45,488 nt of DNA from a virus (IMGVR_UViG_3300016662_000110:1-45488), one strand, 5' to 3'; counted from the first letter of the stretch, positions 15,061 through 25,580 are shown. Notes: a model not told the origin generated them from the sequence alone. Numbers and translations are program-made.

Positions 15061-17070
15061 ATGCACACGGAAATCCCGAACGGTGCAGAGGTGTACCGCG
15101 AGGCGTATTTCCGTGGGCTACGGCCTGACCCTTCGCTGTGGGTCGACCAGTGGGCCGACGAGTACATGCGTATCCCGCGTGACACCGGCGCTGCCGAGCC
15201 CGGCCAGTACCGCACCTCGCGTACACCCTATGCACGCGAGCCCATGCGCTGCCTGTCACCGGCTCACCCTTGTAAGCGCGTGGTCACGATGGTGGCCTCG
15301 CAGCTGATGAAAACCCAGATCGCATTGAACTGGATCGGTGGCCTGATCCATATGGTGCCGTCCAACATCCTCACCTTGCTGCCAAGCCTGAGCCTGGCCA
15401 AGCGGGTGTCGTCACGGATCGGCAAGACCATCAAGGCTACGCCGGTGCTGCGTGAGCGTGTCGCGACCAACCGCTCGCGGGACGCACGCAACACGATGGA
15501 CACCAAAGAGTTTGAAGGCGGCTCGCTGTACGTCACCACAGCCGGCTCTGCGGCCAACCTGGCCGAACTGTCGGCACGCTATATCTACGGCGATGAAATC
15601 GACCGCTGGGATGTAGACGTGGGCGAAGAGGGCGACCCGATCGAACTTGCCGAAACCCGGGGCAGTACCTTCGGGCGCAACGCCAAGTTTTACTTCTCCA
15701 GCTCACCGACGATCAAGGGCGCCTCGCGTATCGCCGATTTGTTCGAGACCAGCGATCAGCGTTACTACTACGTCCCATGCCCGCACTGCGGCCATATGCA
15801 GGTACTGGAATGGGAAAGCCTGCACTACTCGGCCGATTACAGCGTGGTGCATTACCAGTGCGCCGGGCCGGATTGCGACGTGCTGATCGAGGAGCATAAC
15901 AAGGGCCAGATGTTGGCCCGGGGTGAATGGCGATCCCATGCCCAGGGCGACGGCGAAACCATCGGCTTTCACCTCAACGCACTGTATTCACCGCTTGGCT
16001 GGATGGACTGGCGTTCGCTGGCCAAGCAATTTGAAAAGGCCAAGAAGGCGCAAAACCGGGGCGATCTGGAGCCCATGCAGGTGTTCTACAACACCCGGCT
16101 GGCCAAGGTCTGGGACAGCGCCCAAGAGCAGACCAAAGCGGATGTGCTGAAAGAGCGAGCCCACCGCGAAACCTACGGCCTCGGCTCAATGACCCTGCGT
16201 GTGCTGATGCTCACCGCATCGGTCGACGTACAAGCCAATCGCCTGGAACTGATGGTGATGGGCTGGGGCGTCGGCATGGAGCGCTGGATCATCGACTACC
16301 AGGTGATCTGGGGCGACCCGGCGGACGAACGTACCTGGGCCGTGCTCGATGAAAAACTCAAGGTGCGGTACCCGCATCCTTGTGGCGTCGGGCTTGGCAT
16401 CCTGGCCACGGCCGTCGACTCCGGCGGTCACCATACGGACGAGGTTTACCAGTTCTGCCGTATCCGCCGGTGGCGCAATATTTTCGCCATCAAGGGCGCG
16501 AGCAAGCCGGGAAAACCGGTTATTGCGCAACGTCCGTCAATGGTCGACGTCACTTGGAAGGGCCAGACCGAACGCAACGGCGCCGAGCTGTGGTTTGTCG
16601 GTACCGACACGGCCAAGGACTGGATCTACAACCGCTACCCGTTTGAAGACGGGCCGGGCGCGCTGCACTTTGCCAACGACCTGCCGGATGACTTCTTCGA
16701 CCAGTGCGTGGCCGAGCGCAAGGTGGCCCGCTATGTGCGCGGTCACAAACGTATCGAGTGGGTGAAGGGCAAGGCCGAACGCAACGAAGCGCTCGACCTG
16801 ATGGTGTACTGCCTGGCGATGGCGCATTACCTGGGCCTGAACCGTTACAAGGAACACGACTGGGAGCGCATTCGCCAAGCCCTGGCGCAGGCCGGGCTGT
16901 TCGATGAGAAGCCCGTTCAGGCTGAACGTCTTGCACTTCCGGCCGCAAGACCCGCGATACAACCTGTTGAAACGTCTTCACCCGGAGCAATGCCGGCCGC
17001 ACCACCGCAGCCGGTTGCACGACCCCCTCAACGTCGCAGCTCCAGCAGCGGCTATCTCAAGAGACGCTGA
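15061..17070 (+). CDS. Terminase large subunit (lambda gpA family)
   Basis: RTPY, SQLMKT, DEID, SSPT, CPHC, VDVQ, DSGG, NEALD. Confidence 0.96.
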   Translation: MHTEIPNGAEVYREAYFRGLRPDPSLWVDQWADEYMRIPRDTGAAEPGQYRTSRTPYAREPMRCLSPAHPCKRVVTMVASQLMKTQIALNWIGGLIHMVPSNILTLLPSLSLAKRVSSRIGKTIKATPVLRERVATNRSRDARNTMDTKEFEGGSLYVTTAGSAANLAELSARYIYGDEIDRWDVDVGEEGDPIELAETRGSTFGRNAKFYFSSSPTIKGASRIADLFETSDQRYYYVPCPHCGHMQVLEWESLHYSADYSVVHYQCAGPDCDVLIEEHNKGQMLARGEWRSHAQGDGETIGFHLNALYSPLGWMDWRSLAKQFEKAKKAQNRGDLEPMQVFYNTRLAKVWDSAQEQTKADVLKERAHRETYGLGSMTLRVLMLTASVDVQANRLELMVMGWGVGMERWIIDYQVIWGDPADERTWAVLDEKLKVRYPHPCGVGLGILATAVDSGGHHTDEVYQFCRIRRWRNIFAIKGASKPGKPVIAQRPSMVDVTWKGQTERNGAELWFVGTDTAKDWIYNRYPFEDGPGALHFANDLPDDFFDQCVAERKVARYVRGHKRIEWVKGKAERNEALDLMVYCLAMAHYLGLNRYKEHDWERIRQALAQAGLFDEKPVQAERLALPAARPAIQPVETSSPGAMPAAPPQPVARPPQRRSSSSGYLKRR

Positions 17071-17072
17071 TT

Positions 17073-17279
17073 ATGTCCTTTACCCAAAAGCACCTCGACG
17101 CGGTTGAGTCGGCCATCGCGCGCGGCGAGAAAACCGTGCGCTACGCCGACCGCACCGTGGAGTACCGCACGGTGGATGAGCTGCTCAAGGCCCGCGATCA
17201 GATCCGCACGTCGCTGGTCGCGTCTGCCGGGCCGCGCTCGCGGGTCATGCGGCTTTACCACGGAGGCAAGGGACTCTAA
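17073..17279 (+). CDS. Head-tail joining protein (lambda gpW-like)
   Basis: AIARGEKTVRY.DRTVEYR..DEL; between terminase and portal. Confidence 0.85.
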   Translation: MSFTQKHLDAVESAIARGEKTVRYADRTVEYRTVDELLKARDQIRTSLVASAGPRSRVMRLYHGGKGL

Positions 17280-18763
17280 TGGCGCGCCAATATCCAACCC
17301 TGACCCGCAACGACTTTTTGCTGCCGGAGCGGATCAAAGCCAGTTACGAAGGGGCCGGAGAGGGCAGGCGCTCGGCCAGTTGGGACGCCCCCGATGTCGG
17401 CATCAACAGTATCAACACCCCGGCCTTGCGCAACCTGCGGGCCCGTTCGCGGGCGGCAGTGCGTAATGACCCGTATGCCTTCAACGTCATCGACAAACGC
17501 GTTAGCAACCTGATCGGTACCGGCATCACTCCGCGACCCAAGATCGATGACGATGCCCTGCGTAAAGTGCAGCAGGAGTTGTGGGAGGACTGGGTGGACG
17601 AGTCGGACGCCGATGGCCTGACCGACTTCTACGGCCAGCAGGCCTTGATTGCGCGCACCGTGGAAACGGCTGGTGAATGTTTTGTGCGTCTACGGCCTCG
17701 CGGTCTAGAAGAAGATCTGGCGGTACCGCTGCAGCTCCAGGTACTGGCTCCCGAATTTGTGCCGCACGACAAGTTTGAACCGGCCAAAAACGGCAACAGC
17801 ATCCGTGCCGGTATCGAGTTCAACCCGGCTCACCAGCGCGTGGCGTATCACATGTACCGGGTTCACCCCCGCGATGCCTCGTCACTGAGCGCCGGTTACA
17901 ACCAATTGGTGCGTGTACCGGCCGAGCAAGTACTGCATATCTTTGAGCCGGTCGAACCTGGGCAGTTGCGTGGCGTGCCGCGTTTGGCGCCGGTGCTCAA
18001 GCGCTTGCGCAGCCTGGACAACTACGACGACGCGGTGTTGTTTCGTCAAGAGGTGGCCAACCTGTTTGCCGGGTTTATCTCCCGGCCACCGCCCGAAGCT
18101 TCACAGCAACCCCGCGACCCGGTCACCGGCCAGTTACTGACCGAAGACCGCGACGGCTTCACGCCGATGGTCGCGCTGGAGCCAGGGACCATGCAGGAAC
18201 TGGGGCCGGGTGAAGAGGTGGAGTTTTCCAAGCCACCGGACGCCGGCAATAACTACCCGGACTTTATGCGGCAGCAGCTGATGGCCGCTGCGGCCGGTAC
18301 CGGTACGCCTTACGAAATTCTCACCGGTGATATGCGCGAGGTCAACGACCGGGCGCTGCGGGTTGTGCTCAACGAATTCCGCCGTCGCCTGGAGCAACTG
18401 CAATTTGGTGTGTACGTCCACCAACTGTGCCGCCCGGTTCGGGCCGCCTGGATGGACATGGCGGTGTTGGCCGGTCGCCTCAAGCTGGACGATTACGCGC
18501 AGCGCCGTCGCGAATACCTGCGCACCCGCTGGGTGCCGCAGGGCTGGGCCTATATCCAACCGGTGCAGGACATTCAGGCGCGAATGATGGAGGTCAACGC
18601 GGGCTTCAACTCCCGCAGCGAAATGGTCCTGCGTTCGGGCTATGACGCCGAAACCGTGGATGCTGAAAACGCTGCCGATCAGGCCCGCGCCCAAAAGCTT
18701 GGCCTCAACTATAAAACGCTCGTCGACCAGCCTGAACCGGCCGCTGACAAGGAGACACCATGA
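17279..18763 (+). CDS. Portal protein (lambda gpB family)
   Basis: LRARSR..VRND, GECF, GQLRGVP, L.PGE, W.P.GW.YI.P. Confidence 0.95.
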   Translation: MARQYPTLTRNDFLLPERIKASYEGAGEGRRSASWDAPDVGINSINTPALRNLRARSRAAVRNDPYAFNVIDKRVSNLIGTGITPRPKIDDDALRKVQQELWEDWVDESDADGLTDFYGQQALIARTVETAGECFVRLRPRGLEEDLAVPLQLQVLAPEFVPHDKFEPAKNGNSIRAGIEFNPAHQRVAYHMYRVHPRDASSLSAGYNQLVRVPAEQVLHIFEPVEPGQLRGVPRLAPVLKRLRSLDNYDDAVLFRQEVANLFAGFISRPPPEASQQPRDPVTGQLLTEDRDGFTPMVALEPGTMQELGPGEEVEFSKPPDAGNNYPDFMRQQLMAAAAGTGTPYEILTGDMREVNDRALRVVLNEFRRRLEQLQFGVYVHQLCRPVRAAWMDMAVLAGRLKLDDYAQRRREYLRTRWVPQGWAYIQPVQDIQARMMEVNAGFNSRSEMVLRSGYDAETVDAENAADQARAQKLGLNYKTLVDQPEPAADKETP

Positions 18764-19920
18764 TCAAGCAGCACCCGCTACGGATTTTCAACAAAGCCGG
18801 TGACCCACCAGCGCCGCAAAACAAACACTGGTACAGCCTGAAGGCCAGAGGCGAGGCTGAGACCCGCAGCATCGAGGTCTACGTCTACGGCGAGATCGGC
18901 ACCTGGGGCATCACTGCCAACCAGTTTGTCCGCGACCTTGCAGCACTCGATGATGGTGCGTCGCCAATCGTGGTGGCATTCAACAGCGTCGGTGGTGACT
19001 TGTTTGACGGCCTAGCCATTCACAACGCGCTTTCGCGACTGGGCGAGCGTTGCACCGGCCGAGTCGATGCCTTGGCAGCCAGCGCGGCCAGTGTCGCGGT
19101 ATGCGGCGCACACAAGGTCGTGATCGCGTCCAACGCTATGCTGATGATCCACAACCCGTGGACCTATGCCTCTGGCGATGCTGAGGATTTACGCAAGGTC
19201 GCCACGGCGCTGGATCAAGCAATGGAGGCCATCATAGCGGCCTACAAAGCCAAGGCGCCGAACATTGACGAGGTCGAGTTGCGACGCCTGGTCAATGCCG
19301 AAACATGGCTCACGGCAAGTGAGGCGGTGGCTTTGGGCCTGGCTGACGAAGTGGGCGAGGGCGTTACGGTCAAAGCCTGCCTCGGCCAGGGCGGTGCGTT
19401 GCAGCGTTACCAGCATGCACCGCAAGCGTTGCTGGCCCAGCTGGAGGAGGAGCCTGAGCCTGAGCCGGAACCTACCCCGGAGCCCGTGAAACCAGAACCG
19501 GAAAATCCGCCCATCGTCGATTCGGCCAAGCTGGCCTTGTTGATCACTCAAAGCTGCAACACGGCCGGTATCAGCAACCTGATCGAGTCGTTGATCAGTC
19601 ATACCAAATTGGCCGACGAGGCCACAGTTAATGCCGCGCTGACCAACGCCAAGGCCGTGCGCGACCTGTGCGTGGCTGCGCGTTTGCCGGAGTTCACCCA
19701 GGAGTTTGTCGCGGCTGGGCTCAGCGCCGAAGCGGTGCGCGGGCGACTGTTCGACAAGCTGGTCAGTGGCGGGGGCTTTGAAATCGACAACAGCCTGCCG
19801 ATCAGCGATGACCCAGTACCGAAAATTCAGGCCAAACAACCTGATCCACCCTCGATCTGGGCGGCGCGTCAGTCGGCGCAAAGTGGTCAATCTAAATCTG
19901 CAAAAGGTACGAGAGCATGA
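18760..19920 (+). CDS. ClpP-like prohead protease with scaffold extension
   Basis: YGEIG, NSVGGD, LAASAAS, MIHNP, ETWL.A.EA..LGLAD; EPEP linker. Confidence 0.93.
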   Translation: MIKQHPLRIFNKAGDPPAPQNKHWYSLKARGEAETRSIEVYVYGEIGTWGITANQFVRDLAALDDGASPIVVAFNSVGGDLFDGLAIHNALSRLGERCTGRVDALAASAASVAVCGAHKVVIASNAMLMIHNPWTYASGDAEDLRKVATALDQAMEAIIAAYKAKAPNIDEVELRRLVNAETWLTASEAVALGLADEVGEGVTVKACLGQGGALQRYQHAPQALLAQLEEEPEPEPEPTPEPVKPEPENPPIVDSAKLALLITQSCNTAGISNLIESLISHTKLADEATVNAALTNAKAVRDLCVAARLPEFTQEFVAAGLSAEAVRGRLFDKLVSGGGFEIDNSLPISDDPVPKIQAKQPDPPSIWAARQSAQSGQSKSAKGTRA

Positions 19921-20261
19921 CGATCCAATACGAACAGCGCCACGCCGGTGAATTCCTCTTGTCTGAGGGTGCCGGCAACATCTCGCGTGAAGCGATCAAC
20001 GTTGCGGCCGGCGCTGCGCTTGAGCCAGGCCAGGTTCTGGGCCTGATCACCGCCACCGGCGAGTTTGCGCCGTATCAGCCGACTGCTGAGGACGGTACGG
20101 AAAACGCCGTCGCCATTCTCTACGGCCCGCTGGGTGAGTCGGATGTTGTGCGTCGCGGTCGCGCCGTGGTGCGCCTGGCGGAGATCAGCGAAGTGCACCT
20201 GACCGGCCTCGATCCTGCTGCTGAAAAAGCACTGGCTGCCCACTTCCTGATCGTTCGCTAA
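19917..20261 (+). CDS. Head decoration protein
   Basis: EFLLSE..G.ISRE, PGQVLG, AVAIL; between protease and major capsid genes. Confidence 0.85.
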   Translation: MTIQYEQRHAGEFLLSEGAGNISREAINVAAGAALEPGQVLGLITATGEFAPYQPTAEDGTENAVAILYGPLGESDVVRRGRAVVRLAEISEVHLTGLDPAAEKALAAHFLIVR

Positions 20262-20283
20262 GGCGAGCATCCCTATTTATCCG

Positions 20284-20305
20284 TCCCGCCCAGTGCGGGA
20301 TTTTT
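20284..20305 (+). terminator. Intrinsic terminator-like hairpin before the capsid gene
   Basis: TCCCGC-CCAGT-GCGGGA-T5. Confidence 0.6.
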
Positions 20306-20324
20306 CGTTTCTGGAGAGTACCTC

Positions 20325-21320
20325 ATGGCCGATATCGCCATTTTTGAAGACGATGCGTTTAGCGTTTCGTCGTTGACCGCTGCACTCAATGATCAGGAGT
20401 ACTTGCCGGGTCGCATCAGCAGCCTCGGCCTTTTTCGTGAAGAAGGCATCACCACCCTGACCGTGCAGATCGAAAAAGACGGTGACACTCTGGCATTGGT
20501 ACCAGCGGGTGAACGCGGTACTTCCGGCCTGGTGGTCGCTGGTACCAAGCGTCACATGATCCCTTTCAACACCGTGCACTTGCCGGAACGTTTCACCATC
20601 AAGGCGGACGAGATTCAGGGCATCCGTGCCTTCGGTACCCGCAGTGAGCTGCAAGCCGTGCAGGACGTGGTCAACCGACGATTGTCCAAGGCTCGTCGTC
20701 AGTTGGATGCCACCCACGAATTCCAGCGCATGGGTGCCTTGAACGGCCAGATTCTGGATGCCGATGGCACCACGGTCTTGCTTGATCTTTACAAGACCTT
20801 TGGTGTCACGCGCAAAAAACAGTCGATGGGCCTCAACGACCAGGCCACGGAGTTGCGTGTGCGCTGCTCCGATGCCCTGGACCTGCAGGAAGATGCGCTG
20901 GGTAACATCACCAGTACCGGCTCTCGCGCATTCTGCGGCAAGAACTTTTGGAACAAGCTGGTCACGCACAAATCGGTCAAGGAAACCTACCTCAACACCA
21001 TGCAGGCCGCGTCCCTGCGCGGCGATGCCCGTGAAAGCTTCGAGTTCGGTGGCATCGTATGGGAACGTTATCGCGGCAAGGTCGCGGGCGTGTCGTTCAT
21101 CCATGACGACAAGGCGCTGTTGATCCCTGAAGGCGTCCCTGATCTGTACATCTCTGTGTTCGCCCCGGCCGACTATATGGAAACGGTCAACACTCAGGGC
21201 ATTCCGTATTACAGCAAGATCGAGCCACTGCCCTTCAACAAAGGCATGGCCGGCGAAGCTCAGTCCAACCCGTTGCACATGTGCACGCGTCCCCTGGCGC
21301 AGATCCTGCTGGAGCTGTAA
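20325..21320 (+). CDS. Major capsid protein (lambda gpE family)
   Basis: F..DAFS..SLT.A, T.EFQRMGAL.G, QSNPL..CTRP. Confidence 0.93.
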   Translation: MADIAIFEDDAFSVSSLTAALNDQEYLPGRISSLGLFREEGITTLTVQIEKDGDTLALVPAGERGTSGLVVAGTKRHMIPFNTVHLPERFTIKADEIQGIRAFGTRSELQAVQDVVNRRLSKARRQLDATHEFQRMGALNGQILDADGTTVLLDLYKTFGVTRKKQSMGLNDQATELRVRCSDALDLQEDALGNITSTGSRAFCGKNFWNKLVTHKSVKETYLNTMQAASLRGDARESFEFGGIVWERYRGKVAGVSFIHDDKALLIPEGVPDLYISVFAPADYMETVNTQGIPYYSKIEPLPFNKGMAGEAQSNPLHMCTRPLAQILLEL

Positions 21321-21322
21321 CC

Positions 21323-21643
21323 GTGGGCATTCGTGATCTGGTGGCCGATATCGACAACGTGATCTTCGACGTGTTGGGCGATACCGCGCGCATCGAAGGT
21401 CGCGCCGAACCGGTGCTGGGGATGTTCTCGGCACCGTGGAAACAGCCGCAGATTGGCCGTCTCAACACCGGCTTGCGCGAGCCTCACTTCGTGGTGCGGG
21501 TCGCGGACTCGGATGGCCTTAGCAAAGGGTTACTGGTCACCATCGACTTGCCCGAGCTGGACGGCGGTGGCGACTACGACCTGCTGCAGCTGGAGCCCGG
21601 CGGCGATAGCCTGGTATCGCTGATCTTGAGGAAACGCGCATGA
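21323..21643 (+). CDS. Head-tail joining protein (FII-like)
   Basis: Size and position after the capsid gene; GTG start. Confidence 0.7.
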   Translation: MGIRDLVADIDNVIFDVLGDTARIEGRAEPVLGMFSAPWKQPQIGRLNTGLREPHFVVRVADSDGLSKGLLVTIDLPELDGGGDYDLLQLEPGGDSLVSLILRKRA

Positions 21644-22305
21644 GCATTGGCAGCTTTAGTGAGAACAGGGCCAGCAGCGGGATGTTCAATATTCAGGTCT
21701 CGTCCGAGGACCTGAAAGCGTTTGCAGCACTTGCCACGCTGGTACCCAAAGCCGCTGTCAATGCGCAACGCCGTGCGATCAACAAAACCCTGGGCTGGCT
21801 CAGCACCCATATCGCCCGGGCCGTGGGCAAGCAGGAGCGAATCGCGGTCAAGGCGGTGCGGCAGCGTTTGCGCAGCTATCCGATCGCAGGCGGCGCGATG
21901 CGCGGCAAACTCTGGTTTGGCATCAACCCGCTGGAAGCCAGTCGTAGTGGGCGGCCACGGCAGACCAAGGCCGGTGTGTCGGTGGGCAGTCGTCGCTATC
22001 GCGGCGCCTTCTATAAAAAAGTGTACGGCAATCAGGCCGATATCTGGATCCGTACCGCCAGTAAACACTTCGTCCGGGCTGACTACCCCGATAGCGAAGT
22101 CACTTCGCAGACCGGAGCCAGCTCCGGCTTTGTGGGGGAAAACAGCGATCGCTTTCCTTTGGCCAAGGCCAAGATTTCGCTCGACTCGGTGCGACCTCAC
22201 TTCGAAGCCTGGAGCCGCAAGGCCGATGAGCGCCTGCTGCAGATCCTCCGGCAAGAAATGAACTTTGAACTGCAGAAATACCTGAAGGGGACGCGCCGTG
22301 TCTGA
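21640..22305 (+). CDS. Minor tail protein (lambda gpZ-like)
   Basis: Basic protein with A..RAINKT motif; position. Confidence 0.75.
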   Translation: MSIGSFSENRASSGMFNIQVSSEDLKAFAALATLVPKAAVNAQRRAINKTLGWLSTHIARAVGKQERIAVKAVRQRLRSYPIAGGAMRGKLWFGINPLEASRSGRPRQTKAGVSVGSRRYRGAFYKKVYGNQADIWIRTASKHFVRADYPDSEVTSQTGASSGFVGENSDRFPLAKAKISLDSVRPHFEAWSRKADERLLQILRQEMNFELQKYLKGTRRV

Positions 22306-22789
22306 ACAGCCGTTTAGCCTCGACCTGTTGTATCAAACCATTGAACAGCATCTGCAGGAGAAACTGTCAGGTGTTCAGTTGGTCCGATTCTGGCCTGACA
22401 TTGAGCAGCACATCCCTCTGCCGGCAGTGTTTCTCGATATCGCCGAGATTGAGCCCGGTACCGATATCGGCACCGGCGAAAGCACCCTGAACGTCACCTT
22501 TGAAGCCCGGATAATTGTCGATGTGATCTGCGACCAGCATTACCAGCAGGCCATTCACTTGGCCACGCAACTGGCGGTGTTGTTGCGCGCTCAGACGTGG
22601 GGCCTGGCGGTTGAGCCTGCCGAGTTCAAGCGTTCAACGCAGGACTGGACCCGCCCGGAGCTGGATGGTTACACCGTGTGGTTGGTGGAGTGGGCCCAGA
22701 CGATTTACTTGGGTGAAGAGGAATGGCCGTGGCCGGATGAGAAACCCGGTTCACTGGTGTTCAGCGTGGACGATGAGGTTGACCCGTGA
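22298..22789 (+). CDS. Putative tail completion/terminator protein
   Basis: LPAVFL, W.VEW.Q...LG motifs; position before the baseplate spike. Confidence 0.65.
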   Translation: MSEQPFSLDLLYQTIEQHLQEKLSGVQLVRFWPDIEQHIPLPAVFLDIAEIEPGTDIGTGESTLNVTFEARIIVDVICDQHYQQAIHLATQLAVLLRAQTWGLAVEPAEFKRSTQDWTRPELDGYTVWLVEWAQTIYLGEEEWPWPDEKPGSLVFSVDDEVDP

Positions 22790-23367
22790 GCCACGCCCTG
22801 GCCGAGCACGACCGCATGATCGCCGGGGTGGTCAAGAGTTGCTATGTGGTTGCTCTGGATCTAACGGTCAGGCCGCCCGTGTGCCGGGTGTCTGACGGCG
22901 AGTGGATCAGCGCCTGGGTACGCTGGCACAGTCAGGCGGCAGGTAAGGCGCGACACTGGCGGGTACCCAGCATGGGCGAGCAGGGCGCTTTGCTCAGTCC
23001 GAGCGGTGACGTGTCACAAGGCACCTTTGTGCCAGGCTTGTTTGGCGATGCCGGACCAGCCCCGGATAACCGCGATCACGTCGAGCGCTGGCTATTCGAC
23101 GATGGCGGGTCGCTGACTTACGACTGGCTGGCCAACAGTTACAGCATTGTGCTGCCGACTGGCTTAGTAGATATCAAGGTCGGCGGGTCGTCGGCGACCG
23201 TTACGGACAGCGCAGTGGTGGTCACGTCGGGGACGATCGCGCTCGATGGCGACGTCACGATTTACGGCGAAGTGCTTATCAACGGAGGGTTGCGCGTGAC
23301 GGGCGATATCAACGGTGGCGGCGCGATCATCGACACCAGTGGCAACACGCCAAACCACAAGCACTAA
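22786..23367 (+). CDS. Baseplate spike (P2 gpV)
   Basis: W..PS.GEQ, F.DGG...YD, C-terminal HKH metal site. Confidence 0.92.
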   Translation: MSHALAEHDRMIAGVVKSCYVVALDLTVRPPVCRVSDGEWISAWVRWHSQAAGKARHWRVPSMGEQGALLSPSGDVSQGTFVPGLFGDAGPAPDNRDHVERWLFDDGGSLTYDWLANSYSIVLPTGLVDIKVGGSSATVTDSAVVVTSGTIALDGDVTIYGEVLINGGLRVTGDINGGGAIIDTSGNTPNHKH

Positions 23368-23382
23368 ACGCAACCATCAACC

Positions 23383-23406
23383 AGCCCGCCGAGTGCGGGC
23401 TTTTTT
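23383..23406 (+). terminator. Intrinsic terminator
   Basis: AGCCCGC-CGAGT-GCGGGCT plus T tract. Confidence 0.75.
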
Positions 23407-23422
23407 CTGCCTGGAGAAAATT

Positions 23423-23734
23423 ATGGCGAGCAAATCAAGCCCGGACGATGTCGCGGTCGACGCCGTGGCCGTACCGATTACCGTGCATGCCGTGGCGGTG
23501 CCGATTACCGCTGATGCCGTGGCGCTACCGATCAAGTCGGCAGCGGACTACAGCGCTGAGGAACTGGAGGCTCAGGTGAGCTACCGCGACAAGGCCTTTA
23601 CCTCGCGCAGCCTGGTGATGCCGGGCGGACGCTTACTGCAGGTCAGCAAAGGGCGCGTCTCGGTCAAGGTAATCGACGCTCAGGCGCGAGCGTATCTCGA
23701 TGATCATCCTGATTTAGAGCTGCTTGCGGAGTAG
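23423..23734 (+). CDS. Hypothetical tail-region protein with 9-aa tandem repeat
   Basis: GGAG RBS; C-terminal YRDKAFTSRSL...YLD.HPDLE; AVAVPIT repeats. Confidence 0.75.
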   Translation: MASKSSPDDVAVDAVAVPITVHAVAVPITADAVALPIKSAADYSAEELEAQVSYRDKAFTSRSLVMPGGRLLQVSKGRVSVKVIDAQARAYLDDHPDLELLAE

Positions 23735-23738
23735 ATGC

Positions 23739-24065
23739 ATGATCGGAATGGACCGCCGTACCGGGCTGCCTATCTCGGGCGTTCATCACCTGAGGCAGTC
23801 CATTGAAGACATCTTGACCACGCCACTGGGCTCGCGGCTGATGCGGCCGGAATACGGCAGCACAATCCGCCGTTTTGTCGACCTGCCTGTCAGTGAGGGT
23901 TGGAAAAGCGCTGTGCAGGCTGAAGCGGCCCGCGCCCTGAAGCGCTGGGAGCCGCGTATCGAGCTAACGCGGGTTCAAGTCCTGTCCGTCCTTGATGGGC
24001 GTATCACCTTTCGCCTGTCGGGCACCTACAAGGGCGACAGCGAGCTATTGGAAGTGACTGTATGA
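23739..24065 (+). CDS. Baseplate wedge (P2 gpW/gp25)
   Basis: GMDR.TG...HLRQSI.DILTTP.GSR.MRPEYG...WEPRI. Confidence 0.93.
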   Translation: MIGMDRRTGLPISGVHHLRQSIEDILTTPLGSRLMRPEYGSTIRRFVDLPVSEGWKSAVQAEAARALKRWEPRIELTRVQVLSVLDGRITFRLSGTYKGDSELLEVTV

Positions 24066-24952
24066 GCACGCTGGATCTATCCCGTTTGCCGGCGCCGCTG
24101 GTTCTGGAGGCACTGGATTTTGAGGTGTTTTATCAGGAGGCGTTGAGCGACTTTCGCGGCTTGATGGGTGACAACTGGTCGGCGCCGCTGGAATCCGATC
24201 CGGTGGTCAAGCTGCTGGAAAAAGTTGCCTACGACAAGATGCTGGGCCGGGCGCGGATCAATGACGCGGCCAAGGCGCTGCTGTTGGCCTTCGCCCGTGA
24301 CAGCGATCTGGATCAACTGGCCGCCAACTACAACGTCCAGCGCCTGCAGGTGGTCGCCGCTGACCCCGGCGCGGTGCCGCCGATCGAGGCGCAGTACGAA
24401 TCGGACGACTCCCTGGTGGAGCGCACGCTGTTGGCGTTTGAGGGCATGTCGATCGCCGGGCCTCGGGACGCCTACGTGTTTCACGCCATGTCGGCCGATG
24501 GTCGGGTGGCGGATGCCCGGGCCAGTAGCCCGAGCCCGGCCACGGTGGAGGTCAGCATTCTGAGCCGGATCGGCGAGGGCCTGGCCTCGGAGGATCTGCT
24601 GGAGGTAGTGCGCCTGGCGCTGAATGATGAAAAGGTGCGGCCGGTCGGTGATCGGCTGATCGTGCAGTCGGCCAGTTTGATCGACTACCAGGTTGAGGCG
24701 GTGTTGTACCTCTATCCCGGCCCGGAAATCGAGCTGAGCCTGATTGAGGCCAAGGCCGCCTTGGATCGCTATATCAACACCCAGCGGCGTTTGGGTCGGG
24801 ATATTCGGCGCTCAGCGATTCATGCCGCCTTGCATGTCTCGCGGGTGCAGCGGGTGGACCTGATTAGCCCGGCCGAAGATGTGGTGATCCTGGACCATGA
24901 GGCGGCCAACTGCACGGGCTCTAGTGTGGTGATTGGTGGCACCGATGAGTGA
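24062..24952 (+). CDS. Baseplate J-like protein
   Basis: DLS.LPAP...ESDP..KLLE...AGP..AY.FHA.SAD...VRP..DR. Confidence 0.94.
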   Translation: MSTLDLSRLPAPLVLEALDFEVFYQEALSDFRGLMGDNWSAPLESDPVVKLLEKVAYDKMLGRARINDAAKALLLAFARDSDLDQLAANYNVQRLQVVAADPGAVPPIEAQYESDDSLVERTLLAFEGMSIAGPRDAYVFHAMSADGRVADARASSPSPATVEVSILSRIGEGLASEDLLEVVRLALNDEKVRPVGDRLIVQSASLIDYQVEAVLYLYPGPEIELSLIEAKAALDRYINTQRRLGRDIRRSAIHAALHVSRVQRVDLISPAEDVVILDHEAANCTGSSVVIGGTDE

Positions 24953-25580
24953 TGCCAGCCTGTTGCCGTCGAATCGCACGCCGCTGGAGCAGGCGCTGGC
25001 TCAGGTGTCGATGGAAAGGCCGGATCTGCCCGACGTCCTGCGTCGCATGATTTCCCCGGCCACCTGTCCCGTCGAATTGCTGCCCTGGCTGGCCATCCAG
25101 CGCAGCGTCGATCGCTGGGACCCGAATTGGTCCGAAGCAATCAAGCGCAAGGTGGTCAAGGATTCCTTTGAGGTGCATCAGCGCAAGGGCACGGTGGCCG
25201 CGCTACGCCAGGTGGTCGAGCCGTTTGCCGATCTTATCGACATCACCGAGTGGCACCAGCTGGAGCCGATGGGCGTGCCGGGCACGTTCAGCATGAGTCT
25301 GGCGTTGTTTGAGAGCGGCCTGACTGAGCAAGGCCTGGCCGAGCTGGAGCGGATTATCGGCGATACCAAGCCGATCAGTCGGCACCTGGTGGGCTTGAGC
25401 ATTACCTACAGCCCGAAAGGCGAGCTGTTCCTGGGCGGGTCGATTTTTACCGGTGATGAAACGGTTATTTCTTCTGCTGAATTGCAGTTCAGTGAAGAGG
25501 ATTTAAACCAGTTGGAACGGGCCGCGAAAGATTACAACGCTATCGGCAATGTGTTCATGTCAAAACTTTTTAGGGTTTGA
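24945..25580 (+). CDS. Tail protein I (P2 gpI)
   Basis: SLLP.N.T.LE, CP..LLPWLA...SVD.W, H..KGT, KP.SRHL; short C-terminal extension. Confidence 0.92.
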   Translation: MSDASLLPSNRTPLEQALAQVSMERPDLPDVLRRMISPATCPVELLPWLAIQRSVDRWDPNWSEAIKRKVVKDSFEVHQRKGTVAALRQVVEPFADLIDITEWHQLEPMGVPGTFSMSLALFESGLTEQGLAELERIIGDTKPISRHLVGLSITYSPKGELFLGGSIFTGDETVISSAELQFSEEDLNQLERAAKDYNAIGNVFMSKLFRV

